A stretch of DNA of 64,000 nucleotides from Armatimonadota bacterium (GTDB taxonomy: Bacteria > Armatimonadota > HRBIN16). Below the pieces are notes generated by a model that was not told the origin of the DNA, made no database searches, and worked only from the letters and a program-made list of their open reading frames with translations. Position 1 is the stretch's first letter, and each line of letters opens with the position of its first letter. The stretch is taken from contig OY781964.1 of NCBI GenBank assembly GCA_963677485.1, positions 1,312,001 to 1,376,000 on the forward strand, read 5' to 3'. The position numbers were made by a program, and so were the translations under genes. Below are positions 1 to 10,049 of the stretch, piece by piece.

Positions 1-905
1 CTCAGAGCCAAGCGAATATCGTGCAAGACACTGTGGTGATCGTCCAACAGATCAGCGATGACATCAATACGGTAGCAGCCACCGCACAACAGGCTACAGC
101 AGCATCGATGCAGGTTTCAGATGTCGCCCAGATTGGTGGTGTCAGTGTGAAACAGACCGTAGAGGGTATGCTTCACATCAGCGAAACCAGTGGCCGCATG
201 GCAGAAGCCATCAAGCAGCTAGGTGCCCAGAGCCGACAGATTGGCATGATTGTGGAAGCAATAGATGATATAGCCGACCAGACCAACCTGCTGGCCCTAA
301 ATGCCACCATAGAAGCGGCAAGGGCCGGCGAACATGGTAAAGGCTTTGCCGTAGTTGCGGATGAGATTCGCAAACTAGCAGAGCGATCCAGTAATGCCAC
401 CCGCGAGATCGCCGAGTTGATACGCGGCATACAAGAAGGTACCGATAACGCCGTATCAGCCATGAACGAGAACGGTAAGGATGTGGCAACAGGCATGGAA
501 CTCGCTCGAAAAGCAGGCGAGTCCCTGAGCGATATCCAATCAGCGGTCAACAGCATCGTCGGTCAGATCAAGGAAATGGCCACCAGCGCCCACAAGATGA
601 ACGTCAGTAGTAATGATGTGGTGCGTGCTGTGGAAAGCCTGAGCGCGGTCTCTGAGGAAAGCAGTGCCGCCACTGAAGAGATGGCTGCGGTCAGTACCGA
701 AGTGAACCGCTCTATCGAACAGGTTGTCACCGTCAGCGAACAGAATGCTGCAGCCGCTGAAGAGGTGTCGGCAGCCGCTGAAGAGCAGAGTGCCGCAGCC
801 CAGGAGATGGTGGCAGGCGCAGAAGACGCTACTCAGATCGTTGAGAAGCTTCAGCAAATGATAGGCGATTTCAAAATCACCAAAACCGGACAGAGCAGTA
901 AGTAA
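1..905 (+). CDS. Methyl-accepting chemotaxis protein, C-terminal part (5' truncated by window edge)
   Basis: MCP signalling hairpin [40 protein letters not shown]; frame is open to the window start. Confidence 0.95.
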   Translation, partial: QSQANIVQDTVVIVQQISDDINTVAATAQQATAASMQVSDVAQIGGVSVKQTVEGMLHISETSGRMAEAIKQLGAQSRQIGMIVEAIDDIADQTNLLALNATIEAARAGEHGKGFAVVADEIRKLAERSSNATREIAELIRGIQEGTDNAVSAMNENGKDVATGMELARKAGESLSDIQSAVNSIVGQIKEMATSAHKMNVSSNDVVRAVESLSAVSEESSAATEEMAAVSTEVNRSIEQVVTVSEQNAAAAEEVSAAAEEQSAAAQEMVAGAEDATQIVEKLQQMIGDFKITKTGQSSK

Positions 906-1417
906 TGGACGCAGCAGCGAAGCTGACCGCGATGGAAGGTATACGGCACCTTGTGCTGTGTGACATCTCAGGGGAAACATACGGGATAGACATCGAGCTG
1001 GTGGATACCGTCATCCGTAACCAGCCTGTCACCTCTGTGCCTTGTATGCCGCACTTCGTCGAGGGGGTTGTCAACCTGAGGGGCAGCATCATTCCCGTCG
1101 TCGATCTTCGCAAGAGATTTAACTTGGTGATCAAGCCCACCCAGCGCGACAGTCGCATTGTTGTCGTGCGGGTGAAACAGCAGTGGGTGGGACTGGTGGT
1201 CGATGCGGTCACTCGAACCTGTCATCTGCCCATCGATCAGATTGAAGCAGCCAGCTCTCTGGTGGTGAATGTCAAACACCGCTACATTGAGGGCGTGGCC
1301 CAACTGGACGAGCAAATCATCATCATGTTGAACCTTGAGCAGAGTTTGTCAAGCGACGAGGCGGCTGATATGGATGAGGCGAGTGAGTTCCTGCAGAAAG
1401 AGGGCATCGAACAATGA
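905..1417 (+). CDS. cheW: Chemotaxis coupling protein CheW
   Basis: VEGVVNLRGSIIPVVDLRKRF and VGLVVDAV motifs; sits between MCP and cheA. Confidence 0.93.
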   Translation: MDAAAKLTAMEGIRHLVLCDISGETYGIDIELVDTVIRNQPVTSVPCMPHFVEGVVNLRGSIIPVVDLRKRFNLVIKPTQRDSRIVVVRVKQQWVGLVVDAVTRTCHLPIDQIEAASSLVVNVKHRYIEGVAQLDEQIIIMLNLEQSLSSDEAADMDEASEFLQKEGIEQ

Positions 1418-3468
1418 GTGACTTTCGCGATGACCCCGCCCTGCTGGAAGTGTTCTGGCAAGAGGCCGAAGAACAGTTGATGTGGCTTGAACAAGGCCTG
1501 ATGAAGATTGAACGAGATGGGCAGAGCTCCGAAGTACTGAACGATGTGTTCCGGGCGGCCCACACCCTGAAAGGCTCAAGCGGCATGATGGGCTTTACGG
1601 CCCTGACCGAGCTGACACACGCTATGGAAGAACTGCTTGACCTGCTGCGTCAAGGCAAGCGTTCCGTAGATTCCGATGTGGTGAATGCTCTGCTCTCCAG
1701 CAACGACTGCCTCAGGGCTATGCTGGAAGCACTCAAAACGGGTAATGAACACCAGCCTGACACGGCACCGGCGATTTTGGCACTCCAACAGGTCAGCATC
1801 AGCGATAACACCGACACACCATCTGGCAACACGCCTTCGGCACCCGCTTCTTTACCTCCGTTGATGGACGGGGCCGTACGCATCTCTGTCACCATCGCAG
1901 AAGACTGCCTGACGCCCACCATCCGGGCATTTATGGTGTTCAATGCTCTGAAGGACAAGTCGGTCATCATCGCCAGTCTACCGGACGAATCCGCCACCGA
2001 GTCGGTATATGCAGGGCAGACGATCACCGTCGATATCTTGCCACAAACAAGCATTGATGAGCTGTTGCATTCACTGAACTTTAGCGAAGTCAGGGTCACG
2101 CTAGTTGAAGACCGTCGGCAAGCTGAAGAGGCGGATATATCCACGCCCGAAATCATACAGCATGATGAAGCGAGAGATACGGATCAAGCTGTCGTAGAAA
2201 CCACGACTGTGCGTGAGGCAAGCCAGACAGAGTCAACCCATTTCCGAGGACTGCAAACCGTCAGGGTGGCTGTAGAACGGCTGGATACCCTGATGAACCT
2301 GGTGGGTGAACTGGTGGTTGGCCGCAGCCGTATAGAGCAACTTGTGAATGAGCTCAAACAATCGGTCGGCGAATCCAGTGTGATCAACGAAATCCGCGAC
2401 ACCAGCGTCTCCTTGGGGCAGTTCACGGCCGACCTGCAGGAGCAGATCATGCGTATCCGCATGTTGCCTGTGGAGCAGGTATTCAACCGCTTCCCCAGAA
2501 TGGTGCGCGACCTTTCGCATCACGCAGGCAAAAGGGTCAACTTCGTCATTACGGGCCAGGATACCGAGCTAGATCGATCGCTGATGGAAGACATCATTGA
2601 CCCGATCACCCATCTGCTGCGAAACGCTATAGACCATGGTGTGGAGATGCCAAACCAGCGTGTCGCCAAAGGGAAAAACCCGGAAGCGACGGTCACTCTG
2701 AGTGCAAAACACGAGGAAAACCACATACTCATATCGGTGAGTGATGACGGGAATGGGATATCCGTTGAGCATGTGCGTCAGGCGGCTGTGAGTCGAGGGA
2801 TCATCACTCTCGAAGCCGCAGACCGCTTAACGGAATCCGAAGCGATGTCCCTCATTTTCCTGCCCTCAGTCACCACAGCCACCGAGGTCACCGATATATC
2901 GGGGCGTGGCGTTGGCATGGATGTTGTGAAAAACAACATTGAACGGCTCGGTGGCTCAGTCGATGTGCAGAGCCAACCTGGGAATGGATCAACAATCACC
3001 ATCCGGCTGCCCCTCACTCTGGCCATCGTGCAAGCACTGCTGGTCCAAGTTGGGAATACCATATTTGCGATACCCCTCAGTGCCATCGTGGAAACAAGTC
3101 GGTGCGGCACAGGCATGTTAACTACGATCGAAGGCCGATCGGTATTGCCCTTCCGGGGCAATGTGCTACCTGTGGCACGATTAGGCGAGCTGCTGCATAT
3201 CCCTGCCGCCATCAACACTCGTAACCATTCCCTGCTGGTGATAGTGAAAACATCAGGACAACAACTCGGTTTGATTGTAGACGGCCTGCTTGGCAGTCAC
3301 GAAATTGTGATCAAGCCGCTAGGTAGTTTCTTCCATAGCTTGAACAGCATTTCGGGTGCCACACTGCTCGGTGATGGGCGTATCGCGCTCGTATTGGATA
3401 TGGGCACGCTGCATCAACTAGTCGAGTCATCCTTTGAAGCATATTCCGCCAGTACGAGGCAAGGATGA
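1414..3468 (+). CDS. cheA: Chemotaxis histidine kinase CheA
   Basis: Hpt FRAAHTLKGSS, dimer domain LDTLMNLVGELV, HATPase HLLRNAIDHG / SGRGVGMDVV, C-terminal CheW domain. Confidence 0.97.
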   Translation: MSDFRDDPALLEVFWQEAEEQLMWLEQGLMKIERDGQSSEVLNDVFRAAHTLKGSSGMMGFTALTELTHAMEELLDLLRQGKRSVDSDVVNALLSSNDCLRAMLEALKTGNEHQPDTAPAILALQQVSISDNTDTPSGNTPSAPASLPPLMDGAVRISVTIAEDCLTPTIRAFMVFNALKDKSVIIASLPDESATESVYAGQTITVDILPQTSIDELLHSLNFSEVRVTLVEDRRQAEEADISTPEIIQHDEARDTDQAVVETTTVREASQTESTHFRGLQTVRVAVERLDTLMNLVGELVVGRSRIEQLVNELKQSVGESSVINEIRDTSVSLGQFTADLQEQIMRIRMLPVEQVFNRFPRMVRDLSHHAGKRVNFVITGQDTELDRSLMEDIIDPITHLLRNAIDHGVEMPNQRVAKGKNPEATVTLSAKHEENHILISVSDDGNGISVEHVRQAAVSRGIITLEAADRLTESEAMSLIFLPSVTTATEVTDISGRGVGMDVVKNNIERLGGSVDVQSQPGNGSTITIRLPLTLAIVQALLVQVGNTIFAIPLSAIVETSRCGTGMLTTIEGRSVLPFRGNVLPVARLGELLHIPAAINTRNHSLLVIVKTSGQQLGLIVDGLLGSHEIVIKPLGSFFHSLNSISGATLLGDGRIALVLDMGTLHQLVESSFEAYSASTRQG

Positions 3469-4277
3469 CCGAAGCACCGGACCTTGATTACAAGCAGTTC
3501 AAACGAAAGGTTCTGACCCTTACCGGACTGGATCTAGATGTGTACAAGCAGAACCAAATGGAACGACGGTTGCGATACCTGCTGGAGCGACACCATTGTC
3601 AGAGCTTTCACAGCTATTTCAAGATGATCGAGGCGGATCCAGAGACTCGACAAAGCTTCATGGACTACATTACCATCAATGTGTCGGAGTTTTTTCGCAA
3701 CCCAGAGTATTTTGAAACACTTGGCACAGTGATACTGCCGGAGTTGTTAAAGCGTAAGCGAGTCTTGCGGATATGGAGTGCCGCTTGCAGTTACGGGCAG
3801 GAACCCTACAGTTTGGCTATACTGTTAAGCGAGCTGGCTCCATTTCGAGTTCACACCATCATCGCTACAGATATTGATGCGCGCAGCCTTGAAAACACCA
3901 AGGCAGGGCAGTATAGCGAATTAGATGTGAAGAATGTATCGGCGGAAAGGCTGTCACGCTGGTTTACCCAGGCTGATGGCACATATACTATCGATGACCG
4001 GCTTCGGTCGATGTTGACGGTAGAACGACACGACCTGCTGAAGGATCCTTACCCGGCAAATATCGACCTGATCGTCTGCCGCAATGTGGCCATCTACTTC
4101 ACCGATGAAGCGAAGAAGCATCTGTTCAAAAGCATGTATCAATCACTGGTACCAGGTGGCTACTTGTTTGTCGGTGGAACAGAACGGATACAAAATGCCG
4201 CCAGCGTGGGATTTGTAAGCCACCACACGCTTTTTTACCAGCACCCGTTCCAATCAGTAACCGAGGAGAGAACCTGA
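3465..4277 (+). CDS. cheR: Chemotaxis methyltransferase CheR
   Basis: TINVSEFFRN, IWSAACSYGQEPYSLA, DLIVCRNVAIYF. Confidence 0.96.
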   Translation: MTEAPDLDYKQFKRKVLTLTGLDLDVYKQNQMERRLRYLLERHHCQSFHSYFKMIEADPETRQSFMDYITINVSEFFRNPEYFETLGTVILPELLKRKRVLRIWSAACSYGQEPYSLAILLSELAPFRVHTIIATDIDARSLENTKAGQYSELDVKNVSAERLSRWFTQADGTYTIDDRLRSMLTVERHDLLKDPYPANIDLIVCRNVAIYFTDEAKKHLFKSMYQSLVPGGYLFVGGTERIQNAASVGFVSHHTLFYQHPFQSVTEERT

Positions 4278-4639
4278 TGCCGAATAAGGTGATGATCGTT
4301 GATGATGCGCTATTCATGCGCGTCTCCATTCGCAAAATTATAACAGGGGCGGGTTATGATGTCGTTGCTGAAGCGGGTGACGGTAACGAAGCAATACGGC
4401 TCTACGAAGCCAGCCAACCAGACGCAGTATTAATGGATATCACTATGCCTGGCAAAGATGGGCTTACGGCTGCCAAAGAGATACTTCAACACTATCCAGA
4501 CGCCAAAATAATCATGTGTACAGCGTTGGGGCAACAGAATATGCTGGCAGAGGCCATAAAAGCAGGTGTGCGAGACTACATCGTAAAGCCATTTCAACCG
4601 GAGCGTGTCATCGAAAGCCTAGCAAAGGTGCTGGAGTAG
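4277..4639 (+). CDS. cheY: Chemotaxis response regulator CheY
   Basis: Single receiver domain VDDALFMR...MDITMP...KPF inside the che operon. Confidence 0.93.
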   Translation: MPNKVMIVDDALFMRVSIRKIITGAGYDVVAEAGDGNEAIRLYEASQPDAVLMDITMPGKDGLTAAKEILQHYPDAKIIMCTALGQQNMLAEAIKAGVRDYIVKPFQPERVIESLAKVLE

Positions 4640-4646
4640 TGCGTTA

Positions 4647-5123
4647 ATGAGAGTTGAATTCATCGAGCCATTTGTGAAGGCAGGACTTCAGGTGATCACA
4701 ACGTACATTGGTGCGCCTCTCAGCAGAGGACCCCTTAGTGTGCGCCGTTCGTCATTCGCTTCCGCTGACGTCAACATCGTAGCCGGAGTGAGTGGTGATG
4801 TCTCTGGTTCCGCCATCTACGCCATGCCGCTTGAAACCGCACTGAACCTGGCGTCATCGATGATGGGTGAGATCGTGCATACAATGGATGAACTGTCCTG
4901 GAGTGCCATTGCTGAGCTCGGAAACATCATCACAGGACACGCCACTCGTCTTCTATATGAAGCAGGCCTGAACTGCCACATGACGCCCCCTACGGTGTTG
5001 CGTGGTGCCAATATAGAGATATCTACCGAGGTTCATGCGCTTGTGGTACCGCTTGATACACCTTCGGGACGGTTTGAAATCAATGTGGCGATCGAGGAAG
5101 CGACTACGAAAGTGAGCGTCTAG
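4647..5123 (+). CDS. cheX: CheY-P phosphatase CheX
   Basis: EFIEPF start, G.SG.V.G motif, SAIAELGNIITG catalytic ExxN, TPPTVLRG. Confidence 0.85.
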   Translation: MRVEFIEPFVKAGLQVITTYIGAPLSRGPLSVRRSSFASADVNIVAGVSGDVSGSAIYAMPLETALNLASSMMGEIVHTMDELSWSAIAELGNIITGHATRLLYEAGLNCHMTPPTVLRGANIEISTEVHALVVPLDTPSGRFEINVAIEEATTKVSV

Positions 5124-5152
5124 CTGACCTCATCTTTATTTCAGGAGAAGCC

Positions 5153-5728
5153 ATGCAAGGATTTGATGTAATCGCCCGTTTAGCTGTTGATACAGCCTCC
5201 GACGCAGTCTACATACTGACAGGCGCTGTGCGTATGGAAGTGCGTTGGGCCGAGGTCATCCCTACACTGCGCATCGCCAGCCGCATCCAACATCCTGAAG
5301 CCCCTGCAACTGCCGCATATGTGAACATCACCGGTGATATCCCAGGACACGGTTTGTTGCTGTTCGAACTAGCGGATGCCTTGTTACTGTGTGACTTATT
5401 ATTAGGGCAGACTGAGGGTTGCGCAAAGGAAATGGGCGAGTTAGAGACGAGTGCTCTTCTTGAACTCGCGAACATTGTGACATCGAGCTACATCAACGCC
5501 ATTGCTGACTATGAAGGTTGCTCGCTGTATCCCAGCCCTCCAGCCTTTGCATTCGATATGGCTGGAGCCATATTACAGCAGACGCTGTGCGCATGCGCGC
5601 ATTTGCAGACACAGACATACAGTATCGCCACCAGATTCATCTACCACCACCGATGCATGGACGGGTTATTCCTATATATACCGGATGATGGCTTCTCAGG
5701 CCATTCCAACTCAATCGCCGATGCGTGA
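5153..5728 (+). CDS. cheC: CheC-family phosphatase
   Basis: SALLELANIV, PSPP...DMAGAIL; directly upstream of cheD. Confidence 0.82.
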   Translation: MQGFDVIARLAVDTASDAVYILTGAVRMEVRWAEVIPTLRIASRIQHPEAPATAAYVNITGDIPGHGLLLFELADALLLCDLLLGQTEGCAKEMGELETSALLELANIVTSSYINAIADYEGCSLYPSPPAFAFDMAGAILQQTLCACAHLQTQTYSIATRFIYHHRCMDGLFLYIPDDGFSGHSNSIADA

Positions 5729-6251
5729 TATTTTAGTTGGTATGGGTGAAACGGTGGCCTCTCAAGACCGCGATGTGGTGCTGACTGCTCTCGGTTTAGG
5801 AAGCTGCATCGGGATATTTGCATATGACTACCGGGCGATGGTGGGCGGATGCGCCCACGTAGTATTGCCCCATGCTACCGGTGCATATGACCCGTTATAT
5901 CCAGCGAAATGCATGAATACTGCCTTTGACAGCCTGATCCAATCTATACAAGATATTACCAAGAGCTCACGCTACCTTAGCTGGGCCCTTGTTGGCGGAG
6001 CCCAGCTGTTCAAGGGGCTGACGCAAATAGGCCTGATGGATATCGGCGCGAGAAACATCAAGGCCGCACAGGAGCAAATGATTATCCGTGATATTAACCC
6101 CATATACACCGATTTTGGCGGCGACAAGGGGCGAACCGCCAAGCTGTATATAACCGATGGACTACTCTACATGAGGGTTCTTGGGCAGCAGGATCAGCCA
6201 TTAGCTGACATGCGGCTAAATAAACGGATCAAGGGTCAAGGCCAATCATGA
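5721..6251 (+). CDS. cheD: Chemoreceptor glutamine deamidase CheD
   Basis: VGMGE, LGLGSCIG, AHVVLP, GGAQLF, IGARN, DFGGDKGR; ATG at 5721 overlapping the cheC end preferred over the track start 5502. Confidence 0.92.
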   Translation: MRDILVGMGETVASQDRDVVLTALGLGSCIGIFAYDYRAMVGGCAHVVLPHATGAYDPLYPAKCMNTAFDSLIQSIQDITKSSRYLSWALVGGAQLFKGLTQIGLMDIGARNIKAAQEQMIIRDINPIYTDFGGDKGRTAKLYITDGLLYMRVLGQQDQPLADMRLNKRIKGQGQS

Positions 6252-7318
6252 AACGGATAATGGTTGTCGATGATAGCGCATTTGCTCGTAAGGTGATCAG
6301 CTCCGTCATTAATAAGGCCTCCGATTTAGAGGTGGTGGTGACAGCCGCCTCTGGTGAAGACGCACTCTCTCGGATCCCGAAGGTGATGCCTGATGTGGTC
6401 ACGATGGATATCGAGATGCCGGGGATGGGTGGAGTGAATGCACTTCAACAGATTGTGGAGCAGTATCACATTCCCGTTGTCGTCCTGAGTGCGGTCGGGT
6501 TCGCGGGTGCTGAGGTAAGCCTTAAGTGCCTGGAGCTGGGTGCCGTGGATGTGGTGTTGAAGCCCATGAGCAAGGGGTTGCCCGACTTAAGCGACGTCTC
6601 TGCTCAGATTGTCAATGCCGTTAGGCAGGCGGCCAGTATCAGCCCTGAACGCCTTCAGCGTCTTAACATCATTGCGGCTCAAAAGAAAGTGCCGGGTCAG
6701 CCCAAGGTCAATCCGCAAGCTAGCAGCGGCGCGTTTCCGATCGTGGTCATCGCAACAAGCACGGGTGGTCCTCGCGCGCTGCGGTATCTACTGCCCAGAT
6801 TGAACCGCTCGCAAGATGCCAGTTACATCGTGGTGCAACACCTTCCTGTCGGTTTCAGCGAAATCCTGGCCCGCGACCTTGACCAGATGTGCTCCCTCTC
6901 CGTCCGCGAAGCACGGCCCAAGGATGTGCCTCAACTACGGGAGATTCTGGTCGCTCCTTCCGGGTTCCATATGGTGATGTCACGTACGGGGCATGTGGAG
7001 CTTAACGAAGATCCTACCGTATGGGGAGTTCGGCCTAGTGCTGATGTCACAATGGCCAGCGTCGCCGCACGGTATCCTGGCCGAGTGATTGGCGTCATCT
7101 TAACGGGGATGGGGCGTGATGGCTCTGAGGGCGCCAGTTTGATACAACAAAGCGGCGGACTTGTGTTGGCTGAGGCTGAGAGCAGTTGTGTGATTTTCGG
7201 AATGCCGCGTGCCGCTATCGAGAAGGGTGCCGTAAACGAGATAGTTGACCTGGAGGCGATGCCAGAGGCGATCGAACGGACAGTAAACCGGATGAGCAAT
7301 GGTGATCTGCATCAGTAA
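6248..7318 (+). CDS. cheB: Chemotaxis methylesterase CheB
   Basis: Receiver domain plus STGGP, QHLP, RPSAD, LTGMGRDG, FGMP. Confidence 0.96.
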   Translation: MKRIMVVDDSAFARKVISSVINKASDLEVVVTAASGEDALSRIPKVMPDVVTMDIEMPGMGGVNALQQIVEQYHIPVVVLSAVGFAGAEVSLKCLELGAVDVVLKPMSKGLPDLSDVSAQIVNAVRQAASISPERLQRLNIIAAQKKVPGQPKVNPQASSGAFPIVVIATSTGGPRALRYLLPRLNRSQDASYIVVQHLPVGFSEILARDLDQMCSLSVREARPKDVPQLREILVAPSGFHMVMSRTGHVELNEDPTVWGVRPSADVTMASVAARYPGRVIGVILTGMGRDGSEGASLIQQSGGLVLAEAESSCVIFGMPRAAIEKGAVNEIVDLEAMPEAIERTVNRMSNGDLHQ

Positions 7319-7322
7319 ATGT

Positions 7323-7355
7323 AAAACACCACCGACTGTTTTCAGTCGGTGGTGT
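7323..7355 (-). terminator. Intrinsic terminator-like hairpin between convergent cheB and capD-like genes
   Basis: Perfect 13-bp stem ACACCACCGACTG (7326-7338) / CAGTCGGTGGTGT (7343-7355); short U-tract on the minus strand. Confidence 0.7.
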
Positions 7356-7424
7356 CTGAATTGATATTACTGCATGTACGCCTCTTACAACATCATGAGC
7401 ACATCAGTAATGTAAAGACAGGGC

Positions 7425-9326
7425 TCAGATAGTTCTGGCCTTGACGTTCTCGCTCCTGGGAGCAACGGATGAGAACTTCACAGCAGGGGCACTAGCCAGA
7501 TCAGCCAGCAAGCATCGTGCCTCTGCCACATTATGGCCCATTGCCAGTTTCAGCAGCTCTTCAATCTTGGCACTAGTCTGTTCCACATCCAGACCATTAC
7601 CCATCACCATGCGTATACTGGGATGCTCTGTGCCACACATTGTTTCGGCATCATACCAAAGCTCTTCGTGCAGCTTTTCGCCCTCACGTATACCCACATA
7701 GGTAATCTGGATATCTTGCCCAGGCACAAATCCACTCAACCGTATCAATTCCTCTGCAAGGAATGATATCTTGACCGGTTCGCCCATATCCAGCACGTAT
7801 ATCTCACCGTTCGATCCGAACACGCCTGCCTGTAATACCAATCGGCATGCTTCAGGTATCGTCATGAAATAGCGGGTCATGTCAGGATGTGTCACCGTAA
7901 CAGGCCCACCGGCAGCTATCTGGCGCTTCATCATAGGCACCACAGAACCCCTGCTGCCCAGCACATTGCCAAATCTCACTATCGCGAAGCGCGTATTTTT
8001 ACTGCGGTGAGCGGCACACTGAATCATCAGTTCAGAAACTCGTTTGGTAGCGCCCATCACACTGGAGGGGTTGACAGCCTTATCGGTAGAAATGCACACG
8101 CAACGTCTGACATCATATTTCATGCACATATTAATCACGTTACGGGTACCCATCACATTATTCAGTATCGCCTCCATTGAGTTGTTTTCCATTAGAGGCA
8201 CATGTTTATGAGCCGCAGCGTGGAAAACTACCGTCGGGTGACACTGCTCAAACACAAATTCCAGCCTGTCAATTTGCTTGATGCTGGCGATATAGCACGT
8301 CGTATTGAGGTCGCGGAAGTTATTACGCAGCTCCTGTTGGATCTCGAATATACTATTTTCACCATGGCCCAAAAGGATAAGCTCCGCTGGCCCCATAGCG
8401 GCGATTTGCCGACAAAGCTCACCGCCGATTGATCCGCCGCCGCCAGTGATCAGAACACGCTGCCCTTTGATGTAGGCGTTGATGCTAGCCTGGTCAATTT
8501 GAACAGGAGCCCGGCGCAGAAGGTCTTCTATCTGCACTTCACGCAGGAATGGACGAATTCCCATCTGCTGAAGCATCTGTGGCAAACCCGGCAGGATACG
8601 TACAGCAGCTTTGGTCTGATTGCAGATGTTCAGGATTCTGCGTATATCATCACCACTCGCGGACGGAATGGCTAGAAGAATGTCATCTACTTTTTGGTCG
8701 GTCACTATACTAGGAATAGAATGGCAATCGCCGATCACTTTCGATCCATGGATGTTGAGGCCATGCTTTTCGGGGTCATCGTCGATATAACCAACGACAT
8801 CGTATCCAGGCACGCGATGGAAATCTCGGCCCATCATTTCGCCAGCATCCCCGGCACCTACGATCAATATCCGACGATTGATCTCTTGTTTTTCAGGGTC
8901 ATTGAGCTTATATGAGGTTCGGTGCATGTTGAAGTCCCACACTCTTAAGATCGCGCGGACACCATATATGCCGAGAAGAGTAATCAGACTCTGTATAATG
9001 GCTACACCGATGGGAAATCCATGACACAGACCCGATAGGCGGAAAATAATACTCATAATCAACGCAGACAAACAGGCCAGGCCGAGGTAAAAGGCATCGC
9101 GTAACCCAGAATAGCGCCATTCAATGCGATAGATTCTAAATGCGATAAACGCCACTAAATAGGCGATCGGCGTAAACACAAACGCCTTCTCGCCGTCAGC
9201 TATCGGCTTGATATCACCCTCGAACCTTATTATATATGCCACGAACAACGCAACTAATACTACAGCCCAGTCTGCGACGACTAAGCCGAGAGTTCTACGC
9301 GTTATCTTCATGCTTGAATACCTCAC
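7425..9326 (-). CDS. Membrane-bound nucleoside-diphosphate sugar 4,6-dehydratase (CapD/PglF/WbpM family)
   Basis: N-terminal TM helices, IVGAGDAG, ITGGGGSIG, HAAAHKHVP, STDKAVNP, MGATKR, RFGNVLGSRGSV. Confidence 0.93.
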   Translation of the reverse strand: MRYSSMKITRRTLGLVVADWAVVLVALFVAYIIRFEGDIKPIADGEKAFVFTPIAYLVAFIAFRIYRIEWRYSGLRDAFYLGLACLSALIMSIIFRLSGLCHGFPIGVAIIQSLITLLGIYGVRAILRVWDFNMHRTSYKLNDPEKQEINRRILIVGAGDAGEMMGRDFHRVPGYDVVGYIDDDPEKHGLNIHGSKVIGDCHSIPSIVTDQKVDDILLAIPSASGDDIRRILNICNQTKAAVRILPGLPQMLQQMGIRPFLREVQIEDLLRRAPVQIDQASINAYIKGQRVLITGGGGSIGGELCRQIAAMGPAELILLGHGENSIFEIQQELRNNFRDLNTTCYIASIKQIDRLEFVFEQCHPTVVFHAAAHKHVPLMENNSMEAILNNVMGTRNVINMCMKYDVRRCVCISTDKAVNPSSVMGATKRVSELMIQCAAHRSKNTRFAIVRFGNVLGSRGSVVPMMKRQIAAGGPVTVTHPDMTRYFMTIPEACRLVLQAGVFGSNGEIYVLDMGEPVKISFLAEELIRLSGFVPGQDIQITYVGIREGEKLHEELWYDAETMCGTEHPSIRMVMGNGLDVEQTSAKIEELLKLAMGHNVAEARCLLADLASAPAVKFSSVAPRSENVKARTI

Positions 9327-9698
9327 CTGCTATGCTTCTTACTTTAAATCCGAAATCAGTTACTACACATGCATTGTACCTGACCAGTGCGCAGGTACTA
9401 CATATTTGACACACACATATGCACCCAGGTTCCTGTAAATTTCCGCAATTTCCGGATATCTATCCATTTGATATGACGACACAGCCATACAGATTGTTCG
9501 TATTTGCTATCATTAGCATATTATGTGATTCTCGTGCGATTAGGTGAAGCAGTATGCACATACCCACATACCCATTTCAACCGTGTACCGGCTCAAGTTA
9601 AGGTTGCAAGGTTCAGCTCATAGCGCAAGCAACCATAAAACGGGTAAACTCTATACACTTGCATACCGCAGCTTACAGTACCACATGGAGGTTTCGCT

Positions 9699-10028
9699 AT
9701 GAAACTCGTGATTACCATTGTCCACGACCGGGATAAAAACCGCATCACAGAAAAACTGCTGCGTAACGGTTACAAGTTTACCAAAGTGGCCTCGACAGGC
9801 GGATTCCTTCGCGAGGGGAATGTCACTCTATTTATTGGTGTCGAAGATGATGACCTTGATAGGCTCATGGAGTTGGTCGACGAAAGCTGCAAAACCCGAG
9901 AACAGTTCGTCAATGTGCTGCCGCCAGATGCATCACCTGTCGGAGCATTTATGCCCAATCCTGTGAAGGTACAAGTCGGTGGTGCCGTTGTTTTCGTGAT
10001 GGATGTCAGCCGGTTTGAGCGCTACTAA
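9699..10028 (+). CDS. darA: PII-like cyclic-di-AMP receptor DarA/PstA (YaaQ family)
   Basis: MKLVITIV, TKVASTGGFLREGN.T, VGGAVVFV; GGAGG RBS; upstream of holB as in Bacillus. Confidence 0.9.
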   Translation: MKLVITIVHDRDKNRITEKLLRNGYKFTKVASTGGFLREGNVTLFIGVEDDDLDRLMELVDESCKTREQFVNVLPPDASPVGAFMPNPVKVQVGGAVVFVMDVSRFERY

Positions 10029-10049
10029 CTATTAAGGGTATCTTCGATT

